Below are positions 1 to 9,217 of a stretch of 31,202 bases of DNA, in pieces (position 1 is the stretch's first letter; every line of letters begins with the position of its first letter). Source of the stretch: Promethearchaeota archaeon Loki_b31 (GTDB taxonomy: Archaea; Asgardarchaeota; Lokiarchaeia; Sigyniarchaeales; SOKP01); the NCBI GenBank assembly GCA_005222975.1, contig NJBI01000041.1, positions 1 through 31,202 of the forward strand, written 5' to 3'. The position numbers and the translations under genes were made by a program. Below the pieces are notes generated by a model that saw only the letters and a program-made list of their open reading frames with translations, made no database searches and was not told the origin of the DNA.

Positions 1-780
1 AATAATAGCTTCATTAAGTCCCTTTAAATCACAGTGATTATGGTTTGCTATTGTCTCTCCATCAAAAATCTCTTCAAAAAGAATCTGCCGTTTTCTTTTA
101 GAAAAATCACTAGCATATTTGCAATATTTCTCGTATTCTCTTGCATCGCTTCCTCGCAAAATGCGTGTTATACCAAAAGGTGTTTTTATTTCTTTGGCTC
201 TCTCTCGAACAAAATCTTTTAATTGATTCCGCATTTTATTTGAAGATGTGTGTAAAACCGCAACATTTTTCGGCAAGTCTAGAGCTTTATAGTTTTTAAC
301 ATCATATAATTTCAGGAAATGACTTCCTGGCCAAAAATAAGATCTCTCTATTTCTACATTATCAATTTCATATCTTTTTTCTCTCATTTTATATAAGGTA
401 TCCAATATTCTCTCAAGACTTAGATCTTCTTCTACAGTACCGATTAACATACCACAAAAGTCAATTTCAAAGTCTGCTGGAACAAAATCATAAGTATTAT
501 CTACCCACATGAACCATGCTCCTTCAGGAACTCCTCTACGAAATTTGTTAGAAGATGTTTGGAAAGAGAAATTAGGTGCATCGACGACCATCGCTTTTTT
601 CTCGTATCCTAGCTTTTCCTGAATAGAATGTATATTAGCTATGAACCACTTTGCATTCTCTTTTCCAATCTCTTCTGATACATCTTTTAACCCTAAGCTG
701 AAAAGATTTTTTTCAGCAAAACTCATTTTTTCATCAAATTCTTTTCTTTTAAGAGGAAAATTTCTCAATTCATATTTCAT
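1..780 (-). CDS. Divergent RtcB-like protein (3'-truncated by window edge; absent from ORF track)
   Basis: Hand translation from ATG at 780 is open for 260 codons to the window edge (MKYELRKFPL...HNHCDLKGLNEAII). Motifs occur in RtcB order: GVPEG (cf. GxPIG), IDFCGM (cf. DIGCGM), GSHFL (cf. GNHF), LHTSS (cf. HSGS), NHNH (cf. HN). Starts 4 nt after the glycosyltransferase stop. Confidence 0.7.
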   Translation of the reverse strand, partial: MKYELRNFPLKRKEFDEKMSFAEKNLFSLGLKDVSEEIGKENAKWFIANIHSIQEKLGYEKKAMVVDAPNFSFQTSSNKFRRGVPEGAWFMWVDNTYDFVPADFEIDFCGMLIGTVEEDLSLERILDTLYKMREKRYEIDNVEIERSYFWPGSHFLKLYDVKNYKALDLPKNVAVLHTSSNKMRNQLKDFVRERAKEIKTPFGITRILRGSDAREYEKYCKYASDFSKRKRQILFEEIFDGETIANHNHCDLKGLNEAII

Positions 781-784
781 CCAA

Positions 785-2065
785 TCACTCACATCCATCT
801 AAGAGGGGTAAATTCTTTCCTGAAATTAAAGATTCTGCAAGTTCTATATGTTTTAAGGCCTGATTCTCCCAATTATAAGTCTTAGCATACTCGCTAGCGC
901 TTTTTTCCATTAAATCTTTAGATTCTGAATTAGCTATAATTCGCTCTATTTCATTTAGAAAATCTTCATAAGCATTGAGTGCAGGATAACCACACATTTT
1001 AAGAGTTTCTCCTACGCCCTCGATGTTTCTTCCAACAACTGTGGCACCAATACCAAGAGCGTGTGCAAGTTTTCCACTCTGTCTGCAATCTTTTTGCCAC
1101 ATGTGTATTATGTCTAAAGCCCTGAGTGATTTTGCAAATAAATGCTCAGGCACATAGGTTTCAAAGAAGTAGAAGTTATTCTCAGGATTGTGTAGATTTT
1201 TAAGTCTTTGTAGATAACTGATTTTTTTTAAAGATGCAAAACTTAGAGTTCCGATATACAAACCAATAATAATCTTCTCAGGGAATCTTTTTTGAAGAAG
1301 TTTTATAATCGGGTAGATAATATTTGAAAGTTTTCTATCGTCTATGAAACCAATATCCCCAAATGTAATAGTATTCTTTTCAAAAATCTTTGAATTTAAA
1401 TCTTCTACACTTTTTTGCCAATCTTGGTTTAGTTCATTTTCACTTTCAAGCCAACTTATAATTTCTTTTTTAGCATTTTCCTGACTTATTCGAGGATACA
1501 ATGGGACACCATGTCTAATTAAAACAATCTTATCTCTATACTCAGGGAATGCTTTAGTAAATGCCTTATAGACTCCATTTGTAAACACTGTATTCACGTC
1601 TATATAGGGTAATTCGTTTTCAAGTAATTCGCATTGCCATTTTTTAAAACCATATTTGGTTTCGGGGCTCTGAAAATTAAGAGTGTGATGTGTAACGATA
1701 ATATTTTCAACTTTCTTTTTCTTGAAAAATTTCAACATCTTAACAAATTTTAGACGATTTCTCCAAAAACTATCACCTTGTTGTATCCAAAAAACATAAT
1801 TATCTTCATATCTATATAAATTTTTTAAACTGTCAATGATCAGATTGAAATTATAATCATAACAACTAGGGATTGTATAAAGGACTGGATATTCACATTC
1901 TACTTTTTTCTCCTTCATTATGGGAAATTCACAAGCATAAGGATCAAAACTTATTATTCCACACTCACAACCCTTTTTATACAAAGCATCGACTAAATAC
2001 TTGGTATAAGATCCTATTCCATGTATCATTGGCGGAAAAGCAGACATAAAGATGATTTTAGTCAT
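785..2065 (-). CDS. Glycosyltransferase, GT-B fold (GT4-like)
   Basis: N-terminal SAFPPMIHGIGSYT, IIVTHHT, LIRHGVP and C-terminal QSGKLAHALG...YNWENQA are typical of GT4-like proteins; 426 aa. Confidence 0.8.
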   Translation of the reverse strand: MTKIIFMSAFPPMIHGIGSYTKYLVDALYKKGCECGIISFDPYACEFPIMKEKKVECEYPVLYTIPSCYDYNFNLIIDSLKNLYRYEDNYVFWIQQGDSFWRNRLKFVKMLKFFKKKKVENIIVTHHTLNFQSPETKYGFKKWQCELLENELPYIDVNTVFTNGVYKAFTKAFPEYRDKIVLIRHGVPLYPRISQENAKKEIISWLESENELNQDWQKSVEDLNSKIFEKNTITFGDIGFIDDRKLSNIIYPIIKLLQKRFPEKIIIGLYIGTLSFASLKKISYLQRLKNLHNPENNFYFFETYVPEHLFAKSLRALDIIHMWQKDCRQSGKLAHALGIGATVVGRNIEGVGETLKMCGYPALNAYEDFLNEIERIIANSESKDLMEKSASEYAKTYNWENQALKHIELAESLISGKNLPLLDGCE

Positions 2066-2277
2066 AGAACTATTACTAACTTATTCATCAGGTTTTAATT
2101 AATATTTTTAAAAGATATTTATATATAAAATTTAGATTAATTTTATTATATTTTTTATTAGTTTTTCATTCAAAATAAACATTGAATCACGCATTTATAT
2201 GTATTAAATAATACTATTCTAATTATTATCTCAATATTATATTTATATCTATTATAATTATTCAATAAGATGATAAA

Positions 2278-2694
2278 ATGGTTAGTGAATCAGAAAAAAA
2301 GAGCTTAATTCGAAAAGTAGATTGCATTAGAATACCCGTTTCAGATCTTGAATCTGGTCTTAAGTTTTATCGAGACTCCCTTGGCCATGAACTTATTTGG
2401 CGCACAGAAACTAGTGTTGGTTTGCGAATTCCCGAGAGTAAGGCAGAATTGGTGATACACACAGAGCCTGATGAATTTGAGGTGGATCTCATTGTTAATT
2501 CTGCTGAAATTGCCGCTAAGCGATTTAAAAGCGCTGGAGGGTCAATTCTAGCCGGACCCTTCGAAATACCCATAGGAAAATGTGTTATAGTAAAAGATCC
2601 TTGGGGGAATAAATTAATTCTTCTTGATACTAGTAAAGGAATCTTTAAAACGGATTCGGAAGGAAAAATTATTGGTAATATTAACACTGACTAA
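2278..2694 (+). CDS. VOC family (glyoxalase/bleomycin-resistance-like) protein
   Basis: IPVSDLESGLKFYRDSLG and GPFEIPIGKCVIVKDPWGNKL patterns. Confidence 0.9.
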   Translation: MVSESEKKSLIRKVDCIRIPVSDLESGLKFYRDSLGHELIWRTETSVGLRIPESKAELVIHTEPDEFEVDLIVNSAEIAAKRFKSAGGSILAGPFEIPIGKCVIVKDPWGNKLILLDTSKGIFKTDSEGKIIGNINTD

Positions 2695-2748
2695 AGATAA
2701 TAACAAAGAAGTGGAAATTACGGTTTATTATTAAAAAAATTTGGTTTG

Positions 2749-3699
2749 TTAAATCTGTTTAAGAATGGTTTCTTTTATATCATCAATAAAGGATTTGTTT
2801 AACACATTATCCTTTTCGAAAATTTGAGGATATTTAAACCCAGCTCGAACTTTATGACCTCCTCCTTTAAAGGATTTCGCAAAATTCCTACAGTTAATAA
2901 AATCGCTATGGATTATTATTTCATTGTGTCGAGTATCAACCCCAATACGAGCTTTCGCTTCGGGAAATTTCTCTTTCAATAAATAGGTTATTTTTCCTCC
3001 CCCAATTTTTGCCCATGAAATAATAATTTTACCAAAAGATTTCATCGGAATAGATTTAGCGTGATTTAAAGCGAACGATGACTCTTCTTCGTGCCATTTT
3101 TTTAATATTTTTAGTTGCGAACTAAACCAGGAATTCTCAAAATCGCCTTGAGACAATAATTCAACTATTCTACGTTTATTTTGATCGTTATGAGCTCCAC
3201 GGTTAAAACCGATAATTAACTGCAAATCTGACGCTAATTTATATATATTCGTCCTAAAATCAGTATCTCTGGCAAATTCAGCGATTCTTGATGCTATGGG
3301 GTCATTTGGTAAATAATAATCTTTAACGATTTCAGCAGCACATTTTTTAGTGTCATTTGAGTAAATGTGAACTAATCTTCTTAGTTTTTCTTTTATTAAA
3401 TCGTCTACAATGTGATGGTCGAACCACGATATCTTACATCCTTGTTTTTTCGCATTTTTTAAAACAGAAAACAAATCTACAAAATCTTCGTTAAAGCCTA
3501 TATCAGAAATTATTACTTGTGAAGGGAGAGATTCTGAATCTAAGATATTGCTAATTTTTTCAACGAAATCAATGTAATGAGCGTAAAAACATCTGATCTC
3601 ATCTGGATGGATTTCTTGGTTTAAATTGAAATATCGTTGAATAATTGCTTGTGACCCTAATCCATCGAGATCATGTTCATGGGTAATAGAAACGATCAT
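2749..3699 (-). CDS. DHH/DHHA1 family phosphoesterase
   Basis: HEHDLDG, ISDIG, WFDHH and C-terminal GGGH motifs. Confidence 0.9.
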   Translation of the reverse strand: MIVSITHEHDLDGLGSQAIIQRYFNLNQEIHPDEIRCFYAHYIDFVEKISNILDSESLPSQVIISDIGFNEDFVDLFSVLKNAKKQGCKISWFDHHIVDDLIKEKLRRLVHIYSNDTKKCAAEIVKDYYLPNDPIASRIAEFARDTDFRTNIYKLASDLQLIIGFNRGAHNDQNKRRIVELLSQGDFENSWFSSQLKILKKWHEEESSFALNHAKSIPMKSFGKIIISWAKIGGGKITYLLKEKFPEAKARIGVDTRHNEIIIHSDFINCRNFAKSFKGGGHKVRAGFKYPQIFEKDNVLNKSFIDDIKETILKQI

Positions 3700-3764
3700 T
3701 CTTAGTTAAGTTCTCAATAAAATTTATTAAATTAAAAGAGTAAAGATGTTTTTTAAATTTTAAC

Positions 3765-4217
3765 TTAAAATAAATCCAAATACGGTCTAACTTTTTTCTT
3801 ATTTTGAGGATCTTTTACCGATTCTAATATCTTTTTCGCTAATTGCTTTTTTTTTTCGTAATATTTTTTCATATACTCTTCTTTAGTTTTATCTGGATAT
3901 CTCTTTTCTAAGGCAGGATCTCTTCTAGGGCAACCTCCTCTTCGCATACAGCAATACGAAATAGATCCAAAACAAACTAAATCAGAATCCCAGTCATTAT
4001 CTTTTGAAAATTCTTCCTTTATTTTAATAAATTCTTCTTGACTTATCCCCAACTCTATTAATGTTTCATCTCTCTTACACTTAAAGCCAAAAGTCAGAGA
4101 AAACCCTGGTTTACAACAAAAAGATAACCCTCGATAATCTGCATCCATACATATGTGAATAGGTGCATTTTTCCACCCTGGCACATCTCGAAGTTTGTCT
4201 GGATCTAATTCAACCAT
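3765..4217 (-). CDS. Methanogenesis marker 9 domain protein (Cys-rich)
   Basis: WKNAPIHIC...RGLSFCCKP and CFGSISYCC...CPRRD match my recollection of the marker-9 domain pattern. Confidence 0.75.
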   Translation of the reverse strand: MVELDPDKLRDVPGWKNAPIHICMDADYRGLSFCCKPGFSLTFGFKCKRDETLIELGISQEEFIKIKEEFSKDNDWDSDLVCFGSISYCCMRRGGCPRRDPALEKRYPDKTKEEYMKKYYEKKKQLAKKILESVKDPQNKKKVRPYLDLF

Positions 4218-4340
4218 GATATTAAATAAATCCCCATCCTAAAATTGAATAAGAAAATTATCTAAAAGATATTAATTTTCTACTTTATAGGTTCTAAAAA
4301 AAAAGGTAAGTAAAAAAGTTGAATTTATTAATTATAAGAG

Positions 4341-4440
4341 GGCCCGATGCGAGAATTGAACTCGCCTCTAGGGATTCACAGTCCCCAATACTAACCATTG
4401 TACCAATCTCTCGAGAGAGATCGTCTATACCAACCGGGCC
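4341..4440 (-). tRNA. tRNA-His(GUG) with 27-nt intron; genomic G-1; CCA not encoded
   Basis: Minus strand: acceptor stem GCCCGGT/ATCGGGC, G-1 opposite C73, anticodon arm GGGGA-CTGTGAA-TCCCT (anticodon at 4377-4379), T arm GCGAG-TTCAATT-CTCGC. The D arm becomes GTAT-AGTGGTTA-GTAT after removing 4398-4424. Confidence 0.95.
4398..4424 (-). other. tRNA intron at non-canonical position 15/16 (relaxed BHB)
   Basis: GUAU [AG^A] CGAUCUCU-CUCG-AGAGAUUG GUAC [AA^U]: 4-bp central helix, 3-nt bulge and 8-bp intron stem. Confidence 0.85.
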
Positions 4441-4510
4441 TTTGTAATATAAATATTAGAAGCAATTGATCTAATTTTTCTTATTAAAAAAATTTATGCG
4501 TTTTATTTTT

Positions 4511-5080
4511 TTATTTTCCTTTTACCACGCTTATTACATAGTTTAAAAATTGATTAACTGCATTTTCTAATTCTTCAGAATTATCAACAATAAAATCAGC
4601 ATCAGAAAATTTCTGATTCTTTTTTGCTCTTTCTATTCTTTCTTCTAATCTTTTTCCGCTCTCTCTGGCGCGGGCTTTTAACCTTTTTAAAGTAATTTCA
4701 AAAGGAACTTCAATAAAGACTATTTTTAAATTTCTATAAATTTGACAAGCTTTTTTCACAATTGTTCGACTAACATTTACGAGCATGGGATGTCCTTTTT
4801 TTAACCAACTATCAATTTCTATCGGAACCCCATAATCAAGACCATAAATGTGCCATTCCAAGGCAAATTTACCTTGTTTTGACATTTTTCTGAACTCTTT
4901 TGGGCTAGTTGATATATTTTCTTCGTTTTCAGAAGGCGGTCTTGTAATATATCGTTGAGTAAGACGAATACTTTTTAAATCAGAAGGATACCTTTCTAAT
5001 ACAGCTTTGATAATAGAATCTTTACCCGAACCAGAGTTTCCGACAACTAAGAATAATGTTCCAGAAAAGACTTTTTTCAT
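4511..5080 (-). CDS. phnN: Ribose 1,5-bisphosphate phosphokinase PhnN-like (guanylate kinase family)
   Basis: P-loop VVGNSGSGKDS, RYITRP, FALEWHIYGLDYGVP, LVNVSR and RLKARARE. Confidence 0.8.
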   Translation of the reverse strand: MKKVFSGTLFLVVGNSGSGKDSIIKAVLERYPSDLKSIRLTQRYITRPPSENEENISTSPKEFRKMSKQGKFALEWHIYGLDYGVPIEIDSWLKKGHPMLVNVSRTIVKKACQIYRNLKIVFIEVPFEITLKRLKARARESGKRLEERIERAKKNQKFSDADFIVDNSEELENAVNQFLNYVISVVKGK

Positions 5081-5246
5081 TTTTTCATTTGTTTTATTTG
5101 TTTCAAAATTAATAATTATTATTTCAATTTTATTTTTAATGCTAAAAAATTGATAACTTTATTTATAAAAACGAAAAAAAATATTAAGAATAATAAATGT
5201 TATGAGACTTGGCAAAGAAAAAAAATTAATTATTCCTAACTAGAAA

Positions 5247-5663
5247 ATGACAAGTGGTACAAAAAGCACTGGAGAAATTTCAGAAATACCTGAGAGTTAC
5301 CAGAGATATATAGATGTCATCTATAATATTTCAAAAAAAAAAAGAGGAGGATGGGTAACAAATAAAGGAATTGCTGAAAGCCTCCAAGTTGAGCCTGCCT
5401 CGGTGTCAGGAATGCTCGAAAAGTTAAAAAAAAGAGGTTTAATTAAATGGGAGCCACGAAAATCAATAAGGCTTACAGATAAGGGGAAGATGTATGCGCA
5501 ACAGTTAGAAGAAATTGAAATATTGCTCCACATATTTTTTAAAGAAGTATTAAAAATCGACGATGAAGAACTTGTTGAAAAGATATCTTGTGATATAGAA
5601 CATCATATTACTCGAGAAGTAAAAGAGTCCTTTAAAGACTTCTTATCAAAATATCATAAATAG
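5247..5663 (+). CDS. DtxR/MntR family metal-dependent transcriptional regulator
   Basis: wHTH IAESLQVEPASVSGMLEKL, IRLTDKG and C-terminal CDIEHH. Confidence 0.9.
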   Translation: MTSGTKSTGEISEIPESYQRYIDVIYNISKKKRGGWVTNKGIAESLQVEPASVSGMLEKLKKRGLIKWEPRKSIRLTDKGKMYAQQLEEIEILLHIFFKEVLKIDDEELVEKISCDIEHHITREVKESFKDFLSKYHK

Positions 5664-5730
5664 ATTTAATTATAATTAATAATTTATTGATTTAACTAAT
5701 TTAAATCAAACCTACAAAGAGTTAAGATTT

Positions 5731-6483
5731 ATGTCTGAAGAATTAATTGGGAAAATAAAAGTTGTTAGTGAATACTTTAAAGATTTTAATAATTTTCTTG
5801 AACTCAAAGATTTTCGATCTTTCCTATTATTAACGTTAACAAGTCAAGCCGTAACGAATATTATGGCTCAACTTGGCTTAAGTGGTGATAAAAATGTTAT
5901 TAATTTACCTTATAACCCTAATTATAAATTCTACTATCAAAAGATCAATTTAATGTCTTCAAGTTCGATAATACTATATGTCAAGTCTGAACCAATAACA
6001 AACGAGCTTATTTTGGAAAAAGATAACGAAGTTTTTAAAAAATATTTAAGTTCAAATGAGATAGCTCTCGCATTTCGAGGCAAAGAAAAGTTTTTGTTTC
6101 CGAAAGTTAGCGATTGCAGCACATTGGAAGCTTCAGACATTACTGTGAAGGTAGACGATTTATTTCACACTTTAGATTCTTTCATTTCTTACGCGCAACC
6201 AAATATTCTGTTTGTCTTTGACGCTGAAACTTCTTCGAAACCAGATTTAATATTTACATTTAATATGATGCCACAATTGCCTAGAAAATTAAATGAAAAT
6301 GTGTTGAAAGTTGATGCCTTTTTAGATTACGAAAGAAAGACAAAAAGTATAACTTATGTTAAGCGGGAGGAAGATTATAGTCTAACTTATTTAGAAGATA
6401 TCAAAGAAATGAGCCATGCAGAATTATACAAGTCATCTTTTTCCTTAGTGATTCATTTAAAATCTATAAATAGACCTACCTGA
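5731..6483 (+). CDS. Hypothetical protein
   Basis: 250-aa ORF, co-directional with its neighbours; no motif recognised. Confidence 0.75.
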   Translation: MSEELIGKIKVVSEYFKDFNNFLELKDFRSFLLLTLTSQAVTNIMAQLGLSGDKNVINLPYNPNYKFYYQKINLMSSSSIILYVKSEPITNELILEKDNEVFKKYLSSNEIALAFRGKEKFLFPKVSDCSTLEASDITVKVDDLFHTLDSFISYAQPNILFVFDAETSSKPDLIFTFNMMPQLPRKLNENVLKVDAFLDYERKTKSITYVKREEDYSLTYLEDIKEMSHAELYKSSFSLVIHLKSINRPT

Positions 6484-6678
6484 GCAACTTCTTATTTATT
6501 TTATCAACCATATTAAGCGCTTAATATTAATTATTCGTTAAAGATTAAGCCGTTAACACCATTAAAGGATTAATACTCTTAATTTATAAATAATCCGACA
6601 AAATATGATTAGTAATTAAACAGTTAAAACAGTTAAAACTACAAATTATTATTTTAAACAAATTAAGGGTTGGTAAGA

Positions 6679-6879
6679 ATGAAGATAATAACTATTAATT
6701 TACCTGAGAAGTATTTAGCAGCAATTCAAGTCTTAAATGACTTGGGCGTATATCCAAGTCGAAGCGAAGCAATAAGAACTGCTTTAAGAGATTTCTTAGA
6801 TGATGAATTAAAAATGTTTAACAATTTAGAAGACGAAACTTTTAAAATGCTTGTTAGAAACACAGCAACTAATAGATGA
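6679..6879 (+). CDS. Ribbon-helix-helix (CopG/Arc/MetJ-like) regulator
   Basis: MKIITINLPEKYL...GVYPSRSEAIRTALRDFL. ATG at 6679 preferred over TTG at 6670. Confidence 0.9.
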   Translation: MKIITINLPEKYLAAIQVLNDLGVYPSRSEAIRTALRDFLDDELKMFNNLEDETFKMLVRNTATNR

Positions 6880-6908
6880 TAATTTCTATTTTTTTTTCAT
6901 TTTAAGAA

Positions 6909-7373
6909 TTAATCTACATTTACATCGACTTTGCACTTATTACAACGTTTTGATCCCCGAAATAGTGGATTGCCACAATTTGGACAATGATATCTCTTCT
7001 CTTCTTGTTTTACAAATTCTTCTGTACCATTTTCTCGCCAAAATGGGATTGCTCGGAGGATAACTTTCTTCCCTACTGGTATCGGAAAATTATTAATAAA
7101 TTTACACGGAAACTCATCGCACTGATGACATCCTTCAATCCCTTTATCGTTACAACACTTTTTAATAGAACATACTCTGCAGACAGGGAAAATAATGCCA
7201 TCTGATAAGCATCCCGTGCAAGCTATGTCGTCTACGCTTTTTGCAAACGCTCTATAGACGGGCAATAATTTTTCTTTAAATTTCAAATTATTATCTCGGT
7301 GAGCGATATAAATCGAGCAAACGCCACAATACAATCCACAGGGTGCTAATAATTCTTTTTTGATCTCAACCAT
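6909..7373 (-). CDS. DUF3795-like Cys-rich protein with C-terminal zinc ribbon
   Basis: APCGLYCGVC, CTGC, CSIKKCC, CHQCDEFPC, then CPNCG...CNKC. Confidence 0.85.
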   Translation of the reverse strand: MVEIKKELLAPCGLYCGVCSIYIAHRDNNLKFKEKLLPVYRAFAKSVDDIACTGCLSDGIIFPVCRVCSIKKCCNDKGIEGCHQCDEFPCKFINNFPIPVGKKVILRAIPFWRENGTEEFVKQEEKRYHCPNCGNPLFRGSKRCNKCKVDVNVD

Positions 7374-7558
7374 TTAATATCATCATTTAATAATTCTAAA
7401 TAATAAAAATTAATAATTGCTCAGTTAAATCTTTTGATTTACTTATAATATTAGATTTTATTAATTCTCTAAAGTTGGAAAGGAAAGAAAGAATTTTTAA
7501 TTAAAGCTAAAAATAAATTAAAACTAACATATATTAGTTGAATTAGTGAAAAAAAAAA

Positions 7559-8065
7559 ATGAATGATCTTTATCTTCCGTACTTGTTATATTTTATTTTA
7601 ACAGGATTATCTATTATTGGAATTATAATAACAGGATATTTAGTAAACAAGCAACAAAGTAAAAAGGAATCGTATTTAATCCCTGAACCAAAAATCTTAT
7701 ATATTTTAGCAATCTGGGGGTTATTGTACATAATATCTTTTTCATTAGAATGGTTAGGTCATCTTGTTGGATTGTGGACTTGGCACAATCAAAGTTTTAT
7801 ATTCCTCCACGCAGCAGTTTGGTGGGCCAATGTTTTGACAATCTTGGTTATCTGCTTATCAGCACTAAAACCAATAATTAGGTATCTGATATTATTAAGT
7901 TGGGTACTTCTATTTGAATATCTACAAGAAGCATTGATACATTGGGTGACCCATTATCCATTATTTGGAAATCCTTATGTAATGATAACAATTGTAATGT
8001 GTTTAACTTGTAGTGTAAATTTTATAATTTTTAAGTTATTTGTTAAATTAAAGCTTTTAACTTAA
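7559..8065 (+). CDS. Hypothetical membrane protein
   Basis: 168 aa with about 5 hydrophobic segments. Confidence 0.7.
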   Translation: MNDLYLPYLLYFILTGLSIIGIIITGYLVNKQQSKKESYLIPEPKILYILAIWGLLYIISFSLEWLGHLVGLWTWHNQSFIFLHAAVWWANVLTILVICLSALKPIIRYLILLSWVLLFEYLQEALIHWVTHYPLFGNPYVMITIVMCLTCSVNFIIFKLFVKLKLLT

Positions 8066-8155
8066 AAAAGAATTTTTCAAAAAATCTTACTTTTAATAAT
8101 TATAAAAACATATTATTTTTAATACTGTTAATTTTGAATTTATGTAGGTATTACA

Positions 8156-9205
8156 ATGAAAATTGCACGATATTATAACAATAACGATGTTAGACTTGAA
8201 GAGATACCAAAACCAATAATTGGTTCAGGAGAATTATTAATAAAAGTCGTAAAGTCAGGTATCTGCGGTTCGGATGTTCTAGAATACTATAGATTTGCCA
8301 AAATGAAAAAATTAGGCGTAGATAATCTAATTCTTGGGCATGAAATCGCAGGCGATATTGTTGAGATAGGAAAAGATGTAAGACGCCTCAAAGTCGGAGA
8401 TCGTGTTTTTGTTTCTCACCATGTTCCTTGTTTTGATTGTTATTATTGTCATCAAGGGCATCATACTGCGTGTGGTCTACTTCATAGTACCAATTTCGAT
8501 CCAGGCGGTTTTTCTGAATATGTTAGAATTCCTAAAATAAATATCGAGAAAAAAGGAGTATTTGTTTTAGATAGGTCGGTGTCTTATGAAGAGGGAGTAT
8601 TTATTGAGCCTTTAGGCTGTGTGTGTAGGGCACAAAGATTAGTTAACGTTGGAAAAGGCTTAACGGTTTTAATACTCGGTAGTGGAGTTTCTGGAATTTT
8701 GCATATTCAACTAGCAAAATTGAGAGGTGTTGCAAAAGTATTTGCAACGGACATCAATGAATATAGGTTAAAAATGGCGAAGAAGTTTGGGGCTGATGAG
8801 GCTTTTTATGCCAGTGAGGATATCTCTTCAAAACTTATGGAATTGAATGATCATCGATTAGCAGATATCGTTATCGTATGTACTGGCGCTTTATCTGCAG
8901 CAAATCAGGCTTTAAAATGTGCTGCACCTGGTGGTAAAATATTATTTTTTGCAGTTCCGCCCCCTGGTATTAATTTGGAAGTCCCTATAAACGAATATTG
9001 GAGAAATGAGATAACAATAACGACATCATACGGAGCAGCACCTGAAGATCTTCAGGAGTCTTATATATGGATATTATCTAAGAAAATAAAAGTCTTGGAA
9101 TTAATAACTCATAGATTCCCTCTAAGTCAAGCTGGAGACGCTTTCAAAGTTGTTTGTGAAGCAAAAGAATCCTTAAAAGTTGTTTTAGAGCCCAATAAAG
9201 AATAA
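8156..9205 (+). CDS. Zinc-dependent (MDR) dehydrogenase, sorbitol/iditol dehydrogenase-like
   Basis: GICGSD, GHE, structural Zn site CFDCYYC...C, EPLGC and GSGVSG NAD-binding motif. Confidence 0.92.
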   Translation: MKIARYYNNNDVRLEEIPKPIIGSGELLIKVVKSGICGSDVLEYYRFAKMKKLGVDNLILGHEIAGDIVEIGKDVRRLKVGDRVFVSHHVPCFDCYYCHQGHHTACGLLHSTNFDPGGFSEYVRIPKINIEKKGVFVLDRSVSYEEGVFIEPLGCVCRAQRLVNVGKGLTVLILGSGVSGILHIQLAKLRGVAKVFATDINEYRLKMAKKFGADEAFYASEDISSKLMELNDHRLADIVIVCTGALSAANQALKCAAPGGKILFFAVPPPGINLEVPINEYWRNEITITTSYGAAPEDLQESYIWILSKKIKVLELITHRFPLSQAGDAFKVVCEAKESLKVVLEPNKE

Positions 9206-9217
9206 AGAAAGAGTTAT

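Noticed and set aside
34-222. 62-aa plus-strand ORF
   Set aside because: Antisense shadow of the RtcB-like gene.
4321-4380. tRNA-His as an integration site
   Set aside because: No duplicated tRNA 3' end and no integrase were seen in the window.
8284-8332. BHB-like pairing (CTAT/GTAG) in a short apparent insertion of the Zn-dehydrogenase
   Set aside because: The flanking helices do not pair and excision would create a stop; the gene is already in frame.
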